Source of the DNA: Lingula anatina
Taxonomy: Eukaryota; Animalia; Brachiopoda
DNA length: 64,000 bases
Assembly (NCBI GenBank): GCA_051362555.1
Contig: CM120646.1
Coordinates: 6,262,001-6,326,000, forward strand
Direction: 5' to 3'
Part shown: positions 26,694-38,915 of the stretch, one piece after another
How the letters are laid out: every line of letters begins with the position of its first letter
Position numbering within the stretch: position 1 is the stretch's first letter
The notes under the pieces: model-generated
Database searches by the model: none
Told to the model about the DNA's origin: nothing
What the model saw: the letters and a program-made list of their open reading frames with translations, nothing else
Made by a program: the position numbers and the translations under genes

Positions 26694-28289
26694 CAAAACA
26701 ACAAGAGGGGTTTGGAGGGATGAGGAAGCATGGATCAATAAAAAAAAAGGCAAAATGTATTTAGGATCAGTACCTTGTCAGAGATCTTTCTTGTGCAGAA
26801 TTACAGGGTACATTATCATACATCATCCATTATCAAATTGATATTTTATCTAATCATTGTATCATATCTGCATGTGTTTTTAAGATAAATTATAATTTTA
26901 CAAATAGGCATAGAGGCGTGTTACTTGACTGTACTCTGGTTTGACGACTTAACTGGCAATAAACTGTAGCTGTAGCAGCAACAATGTTTTATTCACTGTA
27001 TGTGTTAATTTTTTTCGATTAAACGAGAAAGAAAGAATAAAAGAAAACACAAATACACGAGGCGGAAAGAAACCGTACAGAAGCCGACGGGTGTCATGTA
27101 AAAACTTATTGTCTCGAAATTTCGAGATACTTATTACATTTTTTAATTTTTTGTACGAAGAATCGTCAAAATTCATGACAAATTTGGAAAAAAAATGATC
27201 AAATAAGAGAGCTAGGCCCAAGTATGTTATACCCTGCATATCGCACTAGTGCCTATCCAAATCAAATGCTTTTTTCACAAAAAATTGATATTAATAGATT
27301 TTTGGGGGTAAAAAGTTTTTGCAAACCCAATAATAAGTCTACTATACAATTCATAACAAAAGAAAATGATAAACGCCATGATAAAAAAAGAAGCGAGCGT
27401 TTTAGCGAAAACGTTTATTTGCAATGTGAATAATGAAATGTCATCCAATGTGCTTCTTTAAATTCGTTTATGTGATTCATCAAAGCGTGAGGTCAAGCGC
27501 ACAAATTCGGCACGAACAGGTTTAGAAAAGATAAACAAGGACATCGAAAACGTGATGTTTCGGGCTAAGGTTACGCTATGTTTGTATGGTTGTATTCACA
27601 TGTTGAACATGTGAAGGGAAATGTGAGAAGGGAGAAAGAGGAGAGAGAGAGAGATGGAGGGGTGATTTGGGAGGGCAAGACGGTTTAAAGGCCGATCAAA
27701 TAAAAGATCTAGGCCGTAGTACGTACATGTAACACCCTGCATATCGCACTAGTGTTCATTCAAATTAATGGCAAAATGAATGTTTTTCAAAACTAAATCT
27801 TTACTTTTTTTATAATGTTCGAATGTTCAAATATTTTTGTATGAAGAGACATCCAAGTACATTAAAAATCTGCAAAAAAGGGGTCAAGGATCAAAAAAGG
27901 AGAACTAGGCCAAATACGTTACTCCGTGCTTGACGCACTAGTACCCATTCAAATCAGTAGGAAAATGGGTGTTCGTTCACTGAATCGTTATTTTTTTATA
28001 ATGTGCATTAAGATTTTGCAAAACAGATAGGGGGGTCACCGATCAAATAAGAGAACTAACCCCAATTAAATTGCATTACATCCTGCGTGACGCACTAGTG
28101 TCCATTCAAAACTAGACAACGTGCGTAAGGTCGCAGACCGCGGACTAACTGATCCGATTTCTCATGTCGCTGAGGCAAGTGAGAGGAAAGATTAACAACA
28201 GGAGTTTGAAGTTTTCTCAGACCTTCTTTCTCTTTTCTGGATATGTCATCTCATCTAATCTCAGTCCCCCACCCCCCCAATTTCAGTCC

Positions 28290-28480
28290 TGTCTATATTC
28301 CAGATAGTAAAACAGAATGGGTAGAGCGACACTGATTGATATTACAGAATTCATATAACAAGACAACTTTGCTACTAGAAGCAGATATCCAGAAGGGGAA
28401 ATCTCTATATGACAAGAAGGCACAAGAAAGTGTATTCCAAATTGGTGATCATGTGCATCTTCGTTATCGTAGTTGGTAAC
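28290..28480 (+). mobile_element. Decayed Gypsy/Ty3 pol fragment (region C-terminal to the integrase core)
   Basis: The frame from 28315 reads EWVERH*LILQNSYNKTTLLLEADIQKGKSLYDKKAQESVFQIGDHVHLRYR, matching the YDKK..F.xGD.V.LR pattern of Gypsy integrase C-termini. It contains an internal stop. Confidence 0.6.
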
Positions 28481-28857
28481 AATGTTGGTGACCTGTATAA
28501 TAAAAATAATGGATCTGCGGTATGAGCTATAAGTTGACCTACATGGATGCCATCTGGAAACCTTATACTTATGATACCAGTAGCTGAATAAACGTAAATA
28601 CAGTGACTGAGCACTGTTTGTCTGATTACACAAATACAATTATTCTGCACCTATGGGCATAATGAAATGGGATGGTTACATTGGAGGGGGGTGACACATG
28701 TAACAGATCACGTGGAAATCATGGATTTATAAATCACAGCAAATGAAACTTAATTCGAGTGAAAAAAATACATAAAATCACGAATTATTGGGTATTATCA
28801 CTTTGTTTCGCGAAGGGCGAAGAGTAAAATGGTGTGTTTACGGATCACGCTCAATAG

Positions 28858-29201
28858 CAGTGGCGGATTTAGAGGAGAGGTCAGGGGGGGGCCTGACCTC
28901 CCCCCCCCCCCCCCCCCCCCCGTTCCTTCTTCAGAAAAATATAACACACCAATATTCGGAAAAATATATCACACCAATTTCACCAATTTCCCTCTTGAAA
29001 CTAGAATTTTGATGAGCTTAATCATTGTTCTTAACCTGATCAAAGGGCACTGTTAATTTTGTTCTCCAAACCACCACAAATTTTTCGGGGCCCTTGAGTA
29101 GGCCCCGAACCCCACACCGAGGGGCGATGGTCGGCTTCGCATCCGAGGCCTGTCGATGCGGACCCCCTCCCCCCCTTCAAATAATCCTGGATCCACCCCT
29201 G
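28858..29201. mobile_element. MITE, CAGTGGCGGATTTAG...GGATCCACCCCTG family
   Basis: TIRs and poly-G/C tracts. Internal sequence is the reverse complement of parts of 18137-18417. Confidence 0.7.
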
Positions 29202-29428
29202 CCTAATCCTCTTTCGAGGTGGAGACTTATTGTGCATTAAAAAAAAAAACCAGACTATAATTCAAATGAAAATGATTTCAACAGCACCCCCTCAATCAAA
29301 ATGTGCCGAACCCGTTGTAGTTTGCATAACAGTTAGTCGCTCAGCGCAGTGCGCACTACTCGCATATCTTCTTGACTGGTCACTTGACAGCTGCACACTG
29401 TGAGGACAAGACACTGTCTTCAAGACAC

Positions 29429-30084
29429 TGTTTCCCATAACATTAAACAACAACTTTTACGCAAATGTAATGAAGAGTTTGCGGTTGACCCCCATATTTC
29501 TAGTGCAAAAAGGTTTCATTACAAACTTTTACCTTTTAAGCAATGCAAATACTACCCTAAACGTACTGCACTTTTTTCCTCGGGAAGTGACAAAGTATTG
29601 GCATGCAGTCTGGTCGAGACAAGTAAAGACGAATAAACTTCTTCAGGACAGTTTTGAAAAGCATACTCGTTGAAAGAAAAATAACTTTTTTGTTCTTTCT
29701 TGTGAGAATAAAAAACATTCTAAATTGATTTCTTGGTATATATCTTACAAGACAAGTGACTTGCTGACAAGCCCAGAGTCACAAATAATGTGAATTATAT
29801 ACTAAATTGAGTGTATAGAGAGAGTTCAGTGATGCGAAGCAAGTGATAAAACACACAAGCAACGATTTTGACATTCAACCTTCGCGTTTCATTTCAGGTT
29901 AAATGCACATGCGACAAAGGCATGGACCAGGGTACGAAAGCTGGGGCAACGACCGATAAGAAAGACGCAACCTATGCAAATTTTCATACACATTCCAACC
30001 AAACCGAGGTAAGGGGTGATCTAGTAATTTTTTTCTTGTAAACATGTCTGTCTAGTCATAAGTTAAACAATGTTTGTGAGAGAT
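29429..30084 (+). pseudogene. Partial duplicate of paralog 4 (part of intron 1 plus exon 2 at 29898-30008 only)
   Basis: Near-identical to 25484-26125, then jumps to a piece matching ~26215-26228. Exon 2 keeps both splice sites, but no exon 1 or exon 3 homolog is adjacent. Confidence 0.75.
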
Positions 30085-31275
30085 ATGTGTAATGAAGTCG
30101 CAGAGCTGGAATTTTCATTCAGCTTCGAAAATTGTCACAAATTTGTCATGTGAGTAAAAGCTTTTCATGTTTTTTTACGAGTTCAAACTACCAGATAATA
30201 ATTTCTTATTATTTTACTCGTTCTAAACTTAAAGTTGGCCTGAGTAGTTGGCTGGATTTGAGAAAAGTTTCATAGTGATATCTTTAAAAATCTTGAAAAA
30301 CACGTGCTGCCAGTTAAAGCACAAATATAATATAAAGTTGTATTACATAGTTTGATTTTTGGTGCCCAGATGCTGTCACTTCAATGTCACTCACTGTACG
30401 TAATTAGGCCACCTGAACACATTTCGTATTTAAACATTCCATAGTACATGTAGTTGATATATTAGTGTGAACCTTCTCAGATTCCTACATTACAAACTGA
30501 TCAGTATAACAGTGCATTTAGTTTTACCAGTATTTTCAAAAAAAGATTTCCATATTTTCAATTGGAACATTAACGAAAGAAAACTATTTAACGATGAATT
30601 GTTTGTGTATGTTAGCTGTCTAGACTCTAGAGCTTTGACTTCAGGTTACTGTAATCCTTTATTATCATCCAGATACCAAAAATGTTTTTTTTTTTATCTA
30701 ATTATTCAAAGGTGCATCTATCTTTGTGCTGATTTAAAACGATGAAAAAACCCTCAAATATATATAAAATATCGGCGTTTATATATTTTCGTTGCTATGT
30801 GTAAGCAAGTCAAAGCTTTAATTGTCAATTTAACACCTTTCTATTTTGAGGTGTGAAAGCAATCGGTATGGGGCGTAACTTCATCCCTGAACAAGATTTT
30901 TCACGAAAATTGGCAGAGTTCACTTGGAGTGTATAGGCTGCAATCCGCATTATTTCTTGTGATTCTTCTCATCGTGAGATATCAACATTTTTTAAACTTG
31001 CATACAAAGCCGTTTTAGTCAACTTTTCAAATTTGTTGTTCAGTTAGCCTCAATGTGATTTTTCTTTTTTTTTTTGCATGAGCAGAAGTTTTTCCTTTTT
31101 CTGATTTAAATGTTATTTTGATATTTCAGAGCTGCCAACTCTTTGCGGAGCTCCTGCAGAGTGCACGTGCTTCTGATTAAACCTTCCCTGGTCTCAAAAA
31201 TACGTATTTAAAAACCTGCTGCAGATCCAGATCCATTCGCACTGCAGATGCTATATGTTGAAAATTGTACATGGC

Positions 31276-31307
<32 letters not shown>

Positions 31308-32231
31308 GTGATTCTTAAACACATTTTAACATATTGAAACGGTGCACTAAGATCGGTCGTGTTCCCTTTAGAAATTATACTTAGAAATCGATCCTTTTTG
31401 TTTTTTATATGTATATATATTATACCCTAGAGACTGATCATGATATTTTTTAAATTATATCTTAGAAGATGCCATGTACATCATTTTATTTGGAACCAAT
31501 CCAGCTCATTTTTAAACTCATCTCATTATGCAATAGTAGAATTATTACAGTGTTTAAACTGGCATGATGTTATTATCAGAGTGTTTGCAAATCACAAATT
31601 TCAAAGTTGAGAGTAAAAATGCGATTTTCACGATGTTGAAGCTCGGGTAAGATTGTTTATTTAGCCAATTAGTTACTTTTTCATATTATTTTAATTTGCA
31701 TTGTATAAGTTAATTTTTATTGTTAATATTTACACTTGTGAATGACACGCAAATAATGAAAATAAATGCACTTTTTCGGTGTAGTTTTTGATTCAATCTA
31801 AAATACACAGCATTTAAGTAAAATTAATATATGCTGGATTTCTAGAACCTATATTATACTCTATTTGGAATGCATTTTTTGTTCCTCAGATTAAATCTAA
31901 AAGTGCTTTTAAATTTTTCTTAATGAAAAATTTGAAATTAACACAAAGCAGTTTCATTATAATGGCACGAATTATGATATGATTAAATTCTTTAGGTGCC
32001 AATTTATCATTTCCGGTCAAATTCAAACGGTTACTAATGCCTGTCGGCCTATTTTTGTCCAATGAATCCAGTCCTGTTCAGAGACTGTTCTATTTCCTCA
32101 TTAGCTTTTATTATTTGAGCACGTGAGTCCTCCAGTAAATATTTGTTTCTTCGTTGTTTTCTCTCATTAAAGATGTCATATAATAAATAATTTATTGAAA
32201 ATTTGGTCTTTGCTTGTAGATTGAAAATATC

Positions 32232-32790
32232 AAATTTGAGGGGTGAAAGGTGGGACAAGTCCATTCGATTTGAGGGGTGTCAGATGGGGCGAGTTCACTC
32301 CAAATTAGGGGTGACAGGTGGGGCGAGTTGATTCCATTTGAGGGGTAGCAGGTGGGAAGAATCCATTCCATTTGAGGGGTGACAGGTGGGGGGAGTTGAT
32401 TCCATTTGAGGGGTAGCAGGTGGGAAGAATCCATTCCATTTGAGGGGTGACAGGTGGGGCGAGTTCATTCTATTTGAGGGGTAGCAGGTGGGAAGAACCC
32501 ATTCCATTTGAGGGGTGACAGGTGGGGCGAGTTCATTCTATTTGAGGGGTGGCAGGTGGGAAGATTCCATTCCATATGAGGGGTGACAGGTGGGGCGAGT
32601 TCATACCATGTTAGGGGTGACAGGTGGGGCGAGTTTATTCCATTTCAGAGGTGACAGGTGGGACGACTCCATTCCATTTGAGGGGTGACTGATAGGACGA
32701 TTCCATTCTATATCAGGGGTGACAGGTGGGACGAGTTCACTGTATTTGAGGGGGGACAGGTGGGGCGATTCCATTCCTTTTGAGATGACC
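32232..32790. repeat. G-rich 34-bp minisatellite (~16 units) with a 68-bp dimeric higher-order pattern
   Basis: Unit CCATTTGAGGGGT(GA/AG)CAGGTGGG(GCGAGTT/AAGAATC)CATT. AGGGGTAGC recurs at 32341 and 32409, and AGGGGTGAC at 32375. Confidence 0.9.
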
Positions 32791-34746
32791 CCATTTCATT
32801 GAAGGGTGATATTTGCACAAACAAATTGAAATCTTATAAAAAGATTGCAAGATTGTAAATTTACACTTAATATTGAAATTTAGATATTCTTTCAGTGGTT
32901 TACACCTTTATCGTCCAATTTTAAATTTACAATATACTGTCCATAATTACAAAGCTTTAAACTATTTCAATATTAAATATCCCTAGGTTTCATAGAAAAC
33001 CGTCATTCCCAAAAGAAATAACACATTTTTTCCAGATTAAATTTGAAACAGTTATCACATATCTTATCTTTCCCCTTTTCCATTTTAATATTACTGTACT
33101 GTGTATTTTATATCAATATGAAAAAATAACGAGGAATTATAGCAATATTTATTCGGATAAGAGATACATGAAATTGAGCATGATTTATGTCAGCCAAAGA
33201 CCTTATTGCTTGCAGGCCCATGTTGCAGTTTCTCTGTGGGCTTCTGAAATGACAAAATAACGCATATAAATTTAGATTCAACTGACAGACAGATTGTTAT
33301 TTTGACTTATTCTAGAGAAGCACAAAACATCTTGTTTGAACGTTTTCTTTTAAAGACATATGAAATAAATTACAAATAACTTGGATGAAATAAAATGATT
33401 GCCCAAGTGTAATCTGAAGCAAGTAAGAAAACTTTAATAGTTATGTGGACACTTATTCTTGTAGCAGTAATAATGATGATGATAAGATGATGTACTTTGC
33501 TCATTTTTCCCGGGTGAAATAATCAATCCATTACAGTACATAAATATGACCCAAAAGAAATCGCTGAAAACCATCGTAATTGTCTTCAAAAGCAACGTTT
33601 GAAATGTAAATTAAATTTGACTTTAAAATTGATGAACACCTTGATAGGGCAAACTTCTCCTTGTATCAAAAACTCAGAACTATGACAAGTAATATTATCT
33701 AAATTAATCTTCGTCTTTTTTGTGCAGTTATGTTTATATTTACGCCAAAACATTTTAAATTAAGTCACAAATGCGGTTTTAATTGATAAAGGTCATACTA
33801 AAATGTCACACGTGCAGAACTAAATATAGCTAGTTTCAAAGATTTCAAGCAAACTTATTGTTTCAGCAATGGCCAGCTGATAGCACCATTTCTCCTGTAC
33901 GTGTGTAGTCCCAAAGCATTGTAACCAACATATTCTGACATTGTGAGTGACATACAAGTAACGATGGGCATAATATTACAACAAATAGCGCTACTAATAT
34001 CTACAATAAATTTTCTCTCATTCGGTTGCACTTGCGTTTTATTGAGGGATATTATTGAAGAAGTGGTGCTACTTACCATATACTGGCTTCTACGCCTTAT
34101 AAAAGTCGTTACTTGTTTATGCACCACACATAATGTTGCGTCTTCACTCAACTGTGCCCAACTGCAGAGTGAGTATTCAGCTTGCACTATGACGGACAAC
34201 TTATTGTTATGCAAATTACAACAGATTTGATCTATTTTGGGTGAGAGGTTTTGGCTAACACTGCTCACAAATGTTCACTGTCAAAATATTAACAGTACAT
34301 TTTGATACAACTGTAGTCCACTTGTTGTTAAAATATACTACTTAAATACAAAAACTGCTTTCGAATAAAGCGTTTGTTATGACTCTGTCAAGATCCACAG
34401 TACATAATGAAGCCAATCAGTAGAAAAAGTTTAATATGGGCAGGACAAACGGGTCCTTTCTATATAACTGGTCGCTAACATTGTCATTCCGAGCGAAGTT
34501 GTATTGATCACACATGATTTTTTTACTTTGATACCATTCTTTCCAAATATAATGCAGGCTTTAAAAGACAGAGGTTCGTTGAAAGAAATATATTCAATTA
34601 GTATATGGAGTTTCAGTTTTGTATGATTTCGAAAGGAGACAGCAACGATTACATGGCCATTTAAACACGTTTTAAACCCGAAAACCCGAAAATGATATAG
34701 TGGAAAATGGTCTTTGCCTACTGTTTTTTTCTGTAAAGCCTGCAAT

Positions 34747-34828
34747 CAGTGGCGGATTAAGTGGAGGATGGGGGGCGGGGCTCCACACCCGAGGATCTCC
34801 CCTTCAAATAATCCTGGATCCGCCCCTG
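34747..34828. mobile_element. Internally deleted mini-MITE, CAGTGGCGGATT...GGATCCGCCCCTG
   Basis: Both TIRs within 82 bp. The right end matches 29175-29201. Confidence 0.65.
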
Positions 34829-36569
34829 AATAGCATCAGGGGAAATAAAAAGTTAGTTTCACGAGTAACGAAAATGCACAAATCGACAAATAATTAGAAG
34901 TTCTTTGATCAAAAACAGGTCTGTAATAAATAAATAAATATCAGGTGCGCTAATTAGACAGAGAGTTATACTGTGACCGGTGTAGGTAGTCATAATTATG
35001 AGGTATTAACAATTAACGGACCTTAATAATGCGATGTCCGTACGCTGCACGTAAATGCGTACTTTTTCGGCAGGCGGTGGCCGTGAAAATCGTACAGATT
35101 CAGGGCCTCCGTTGGCCCTACGATTTTTTCAAGGTAAATCTTCTGAATCATTTTTAAAATCATAAGTTTGTATGCTGCAATGGCATTGCATTATTCCCAG
35201 TGTTCGGCAGACTAGCGATTATCGTGACAATGGTCTAACCTGTTGTAGGTCTCTTTATTTTTCATCTTTGGTGGTTTTAGGAGGCATAACAGATTGAAGA
35301 TGGATTCCCCGCGGGGGTTACGCGGCAAGCTATTTGATCTGTGGATTAGTTAGTCCGCGGATCAACTTGCTTCTGAACAGGCCCTATAAAAAACCAGCTC
35401 CATAGTCGTACCTGAACGGACGAGTAACACTGCTTTAACTGGTTCTCCACAACTCCTTACAAATATTTTTATAATACTGCAGAAATGAAAAAAAAAATAA
35501 TAATAATACCAACACTTTTTGTTCTAGATCTGTTTACTACACTATAATTACATGAGATACTTTTTAGCAATGGCATTCACCGGGATACCCGGTCCGTTGT
35601 TCTGAATTCGGGCAATGATATAATTACCTAAGGTGGAGTATTTACAAATATAGGTAACACGTTTCACTTCACCTGCTTTGGGGACAATCGTACAGTGTGG
35701 AGGACAATCGTACAGTGTGGAGGATAGACCCTCTGTCTGCGGTGTGCATCACAACACATCATTAGGCTATATAAAGACCAGCTTTTGTACAGATTATCTA
35801 GCGAGATTTATGTGTTTGCCTTTCTTTTCACTTTTTTTTTTTTGTAAACATGACCCTTTTTCGGAGCATTGGCACAGTATGTGAAATCATCGAGGTAGAA
35901 AATCGTCGTCAGCTCAAGCGGGTTTAAAAACTAAGTGCTATTGTGTGAACTTGCCGGACCGATGAATCCCTTGCTCTTGTCAAAAAATGATGGCTCAGTG
36001 GTATGCGGGCCAACCACAATTTTCAATTAGAAAGCAAACATTCCGTGAGAAAAAGCTAGCAGTTACGAAACTTATAGCGCTTTCAAGAATTAATTTACAG
36101 GGTTTTTTTTTGTCCGTCAAAAATGGTTTTCAACAGCACTACTAAATTGTCAAAAATTGTCAAAAAATAATAATAGTAAATAAATAAATATAATAAATAT
36201 ATAAATAAAATAAAATAAACAAATAAATAGAAAATAATAAATAAAATAAAATATATAATAAAATAAAAGAATTATCAATTAATACACAACATAATAATGA
36301 TAATAAAAGTATCTTTGAATTTCCAATAAGTACTAAAAACGCCGTCACCCTAACAAGTACGATGTAGACCTTCCACACTTAAGTCAAAGAGATGGGGAAA
36401 CGGTAGGCCCCTAACGTGAAAAAGATTACAAAAATGAAGTATTGGTAACGAAAGGAATTTTTTTTTTTAATTCAAGTATGAAAATAAGTAAGAAAATAAT
36501 GTAGATATTTTAAGAATCGTCCCTAGTGTTGAAATTTATCCGGTCCACAATTATCTAAGTATTGATATT

Positions 36570-36819
36570 GGACTGGGTTCCCATGCCTAGATCGATCCAA
36601 AAGGATCGATCAATCTCCAAGGGGTTTCTCTCTTAATTGCTTCAGCTTAAGCGGCTTAGATGTCTGGCACACCTACTGAAGCTTCTAAACGATAATTTTA
36701 ATTGTCGCCACCAATTAAAATTACCCCCTAAGCAGCTTTAGTTAATTGCAACTTAGCTAGAATCCCCTTGGAGATAGATCGATCCACAGTTAGTACGCTA
36801 GGGTCTGGGAATGGTCCCT
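36570..36819. mobile_element. MITE-like repeat, same family as 6182-6590
   Basis: GACTGGGTTCCCATGCCTAGATCGATCC ... GATAGATCGATCC..GGGAATGGTCCCT. Confidence 0.65.
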
Positions 36820-37621
36820 TGGTGTCGCTCAAAAAAAAAAAAAAACTTACGCAATCAGATTGTTTGGACAGGTGGATGAATTTTAACGGCCACCAATTTT
36901 ACACAATGACGATATTTTCGAACAAACAGTCATCTCGGCGTGACAGCACTATTTTTTTCACAAAGCGTAGCTCAGGCCCGGAATGATCATGATTGGTAAT
37001 TCTTGTAGAAAAAAGTCAACTTCGGGCTATAATCCATTGTATTAAATGCAGTTTTTACCTGTAGGTATTCTCTGACTACAAGGTGCGCTTGTAGTCTGTT
37101 ACAAAATGTTTGTACTTATATTAAATCCTATATTTTATATACTCTCCAAATACGTGGATCGCCTTAGACCCCATTCCCTGCAACACCACCAGTCTACATG
37201 GAGCTTACTGGTATAATCACCAGCTTTTCTTTATTCTGCTTAACGCCAGGAAGAGGGGTATCATTCAGTTAAGCCGACTGCATTCAGCAAAATTCCCTGC
37301 AAAGTTGGGTCCATCCACGTAGACCGCTCACCGCCGCAGCCTACTATGCAATACTTTGCGAAGTGTGTTTGTTGTACCTACGTACCACGTTGCACGGCAC
37401 AATGTGCGTTTTTAATATATATTTTGCTTTTCGCCTTTTAAATAGACTGTCACATGCGTAATAATTGGTTATTAATAAATTAATTAATTAATTTATTTAT
37501 TAATTATTTTTTCGACCTGTTTTATTTAATTTATTGATTAATTTAATGATTAATTTATTTATTGAGTGTTTTTTCTATAGTATAGTCAAAGAATGGTCTA
37601 ATGAAAGACAATGATATAAAG

Positions 37622-37778
37622 GGGGCGTCTCGATAGTCCGAAGGTTCATTGGTCCGAAAAGTGGTAACATTTTCATCGATTTTTTAATCAAGGGTTCATT
37701 GGTCCGAAGGTTCTATAGTGAACATTCGGACCAATGAACTTTCGGACTATTGAACCTTCGGACTATCGCTACGGCCCC
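37622..37778. mobile_element. MULE/Mutator-like foldback MITE with 9-bp TSD
   Basis: GGGGCGT..CGATAGTCCGAAGGTTCA / TGAACCTTCGGACTATCG..ACGGCCCC TIRs with reiterated subterminal units. TSD GATATAAAG at 37613-21 and 37779-87. Confidence 0.85.
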
Positions 37779-38299
37779 GATATAAAGACAATGCCAATGG
37801 CGTATTTAGACGGGGGTCAGGGCCGTCCTGACCCCCCCCCCCCCCTTCGATTTCTGGTCCCTCTTGAAATTAGAATTTCGACAAGCTGTATCATAGTTCT
37901 AAACCGTACCAAATGGCACCGTTCGCCCTCTAAAAGACCAAAAATTTGGCTACTTCAGACGAGAATTTTCAAACACAGTCTTGAAGGAAAATGAATTTAA
38001 AGATATTTACCAATATTAAAACTTTAAAATGATTTAAATTTGAAGTCAGGTAGGCCCTTTGCGTTTGATTTTGAACAGCTTTCATCAGGTGGGAAAGAAT
38101 ATCCCAGTAGACGCTGTTCAGAAGAAATCAGACCTACTCTAAAATGTGCAGATAGTTACATATATTAATTAATGTGAGGTGCGTTTACACATAAGCATCA
38201 AAATTGCACACAACCTCGTGGAATACCTCCAATGCTCTCCGGGCGTGATGAATTGAAGGTTTCGTTCCGACTTTCGGTAAGAATCTCTAACTTTGGCGT

Positions 38300-38345
38300 C
38301 GATGATTGGGCATGCGCGATACACAACACTATTTACTTCCGGAGT
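38300..38345 (+). promoter_or_regulatory. Housekeeping-type proximal promoter of CHMP5
   Basis: ATTGG (reverse CCAAT) at ~38305, GCATGCGC (NRF1-like) at 38310-17 and ACTTCCGG (ETS) at 38335-42, 90-130 nt upstream of the ATG in a locally CpG-richer patch. Confidence 0.45.
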
Positions 38346-38431
38346 TCTACAGCAAGATAGTTCCTCGTACGTAGAGTGTGAATATATTTTAGTGAATTTT
38401 CGTTTGATTACAATTGTAAGTACACATAAAG

Positions 38432-38884
38432 ATGAACAGGTTATTTGGGAGAGGCAAACCTAAGCAACCACCACCAGATTTGAACGAATGTGTGGCAAAT
38501 GTAAGTAATAACATATTTTGTTGATAGATCTATTGTTTTGAAAATATTCCTTACAAAGTATTTCATGACTCACAATCAGACGACGGTGATGACAGCCAAG
38601 GAATACCTTCTTAGTCTAAATATTTTATTATTTGTTTACAGTTAAATACAAGAGTGTTTCTTAAAATTGTTTTAAAAACACTAATTTTTAATATAAACTT
38701 GGCCTCTCAAATGTAGTCTTGGCCCATATAAGTTTTCACTGACAGCAATATTAATAAGTTTAACATTTTCTCTCTTTTCTTGTCTGAAATGTTGAAATTT
38801 TCACCTACAAGTTTAAGTATAATGTTTCTACATCCATTTGCCCTCTCTATGTAGACTGCAGTGATCAGATGTATAAAATTGTCT

Positions 38885-38915
<31 letters not shown>

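Noticed and set aside
10000-30084. Interpreting the repeated 1.5-2.5 kb blocks as one large non-autonomous transposon
   Set aside because: No TIRs or TSDs bound them. They contain conserved splice sites and frame-preserving exons homologous to a divergent paralog at 1526-5417.
32049-32507. ORFs overlapping or adjoining the minisatellite
   Set aside because: They are translations of the repeat. The unique tail has no convincing acceptor or homology.
33855-34268. 137-aa minus-strand ORF and a possible exon (acceptor ~34163, donor ~34076)
   Set aside because: No recognisable motif and no partner exons found. It cannot be supported without transcript data.
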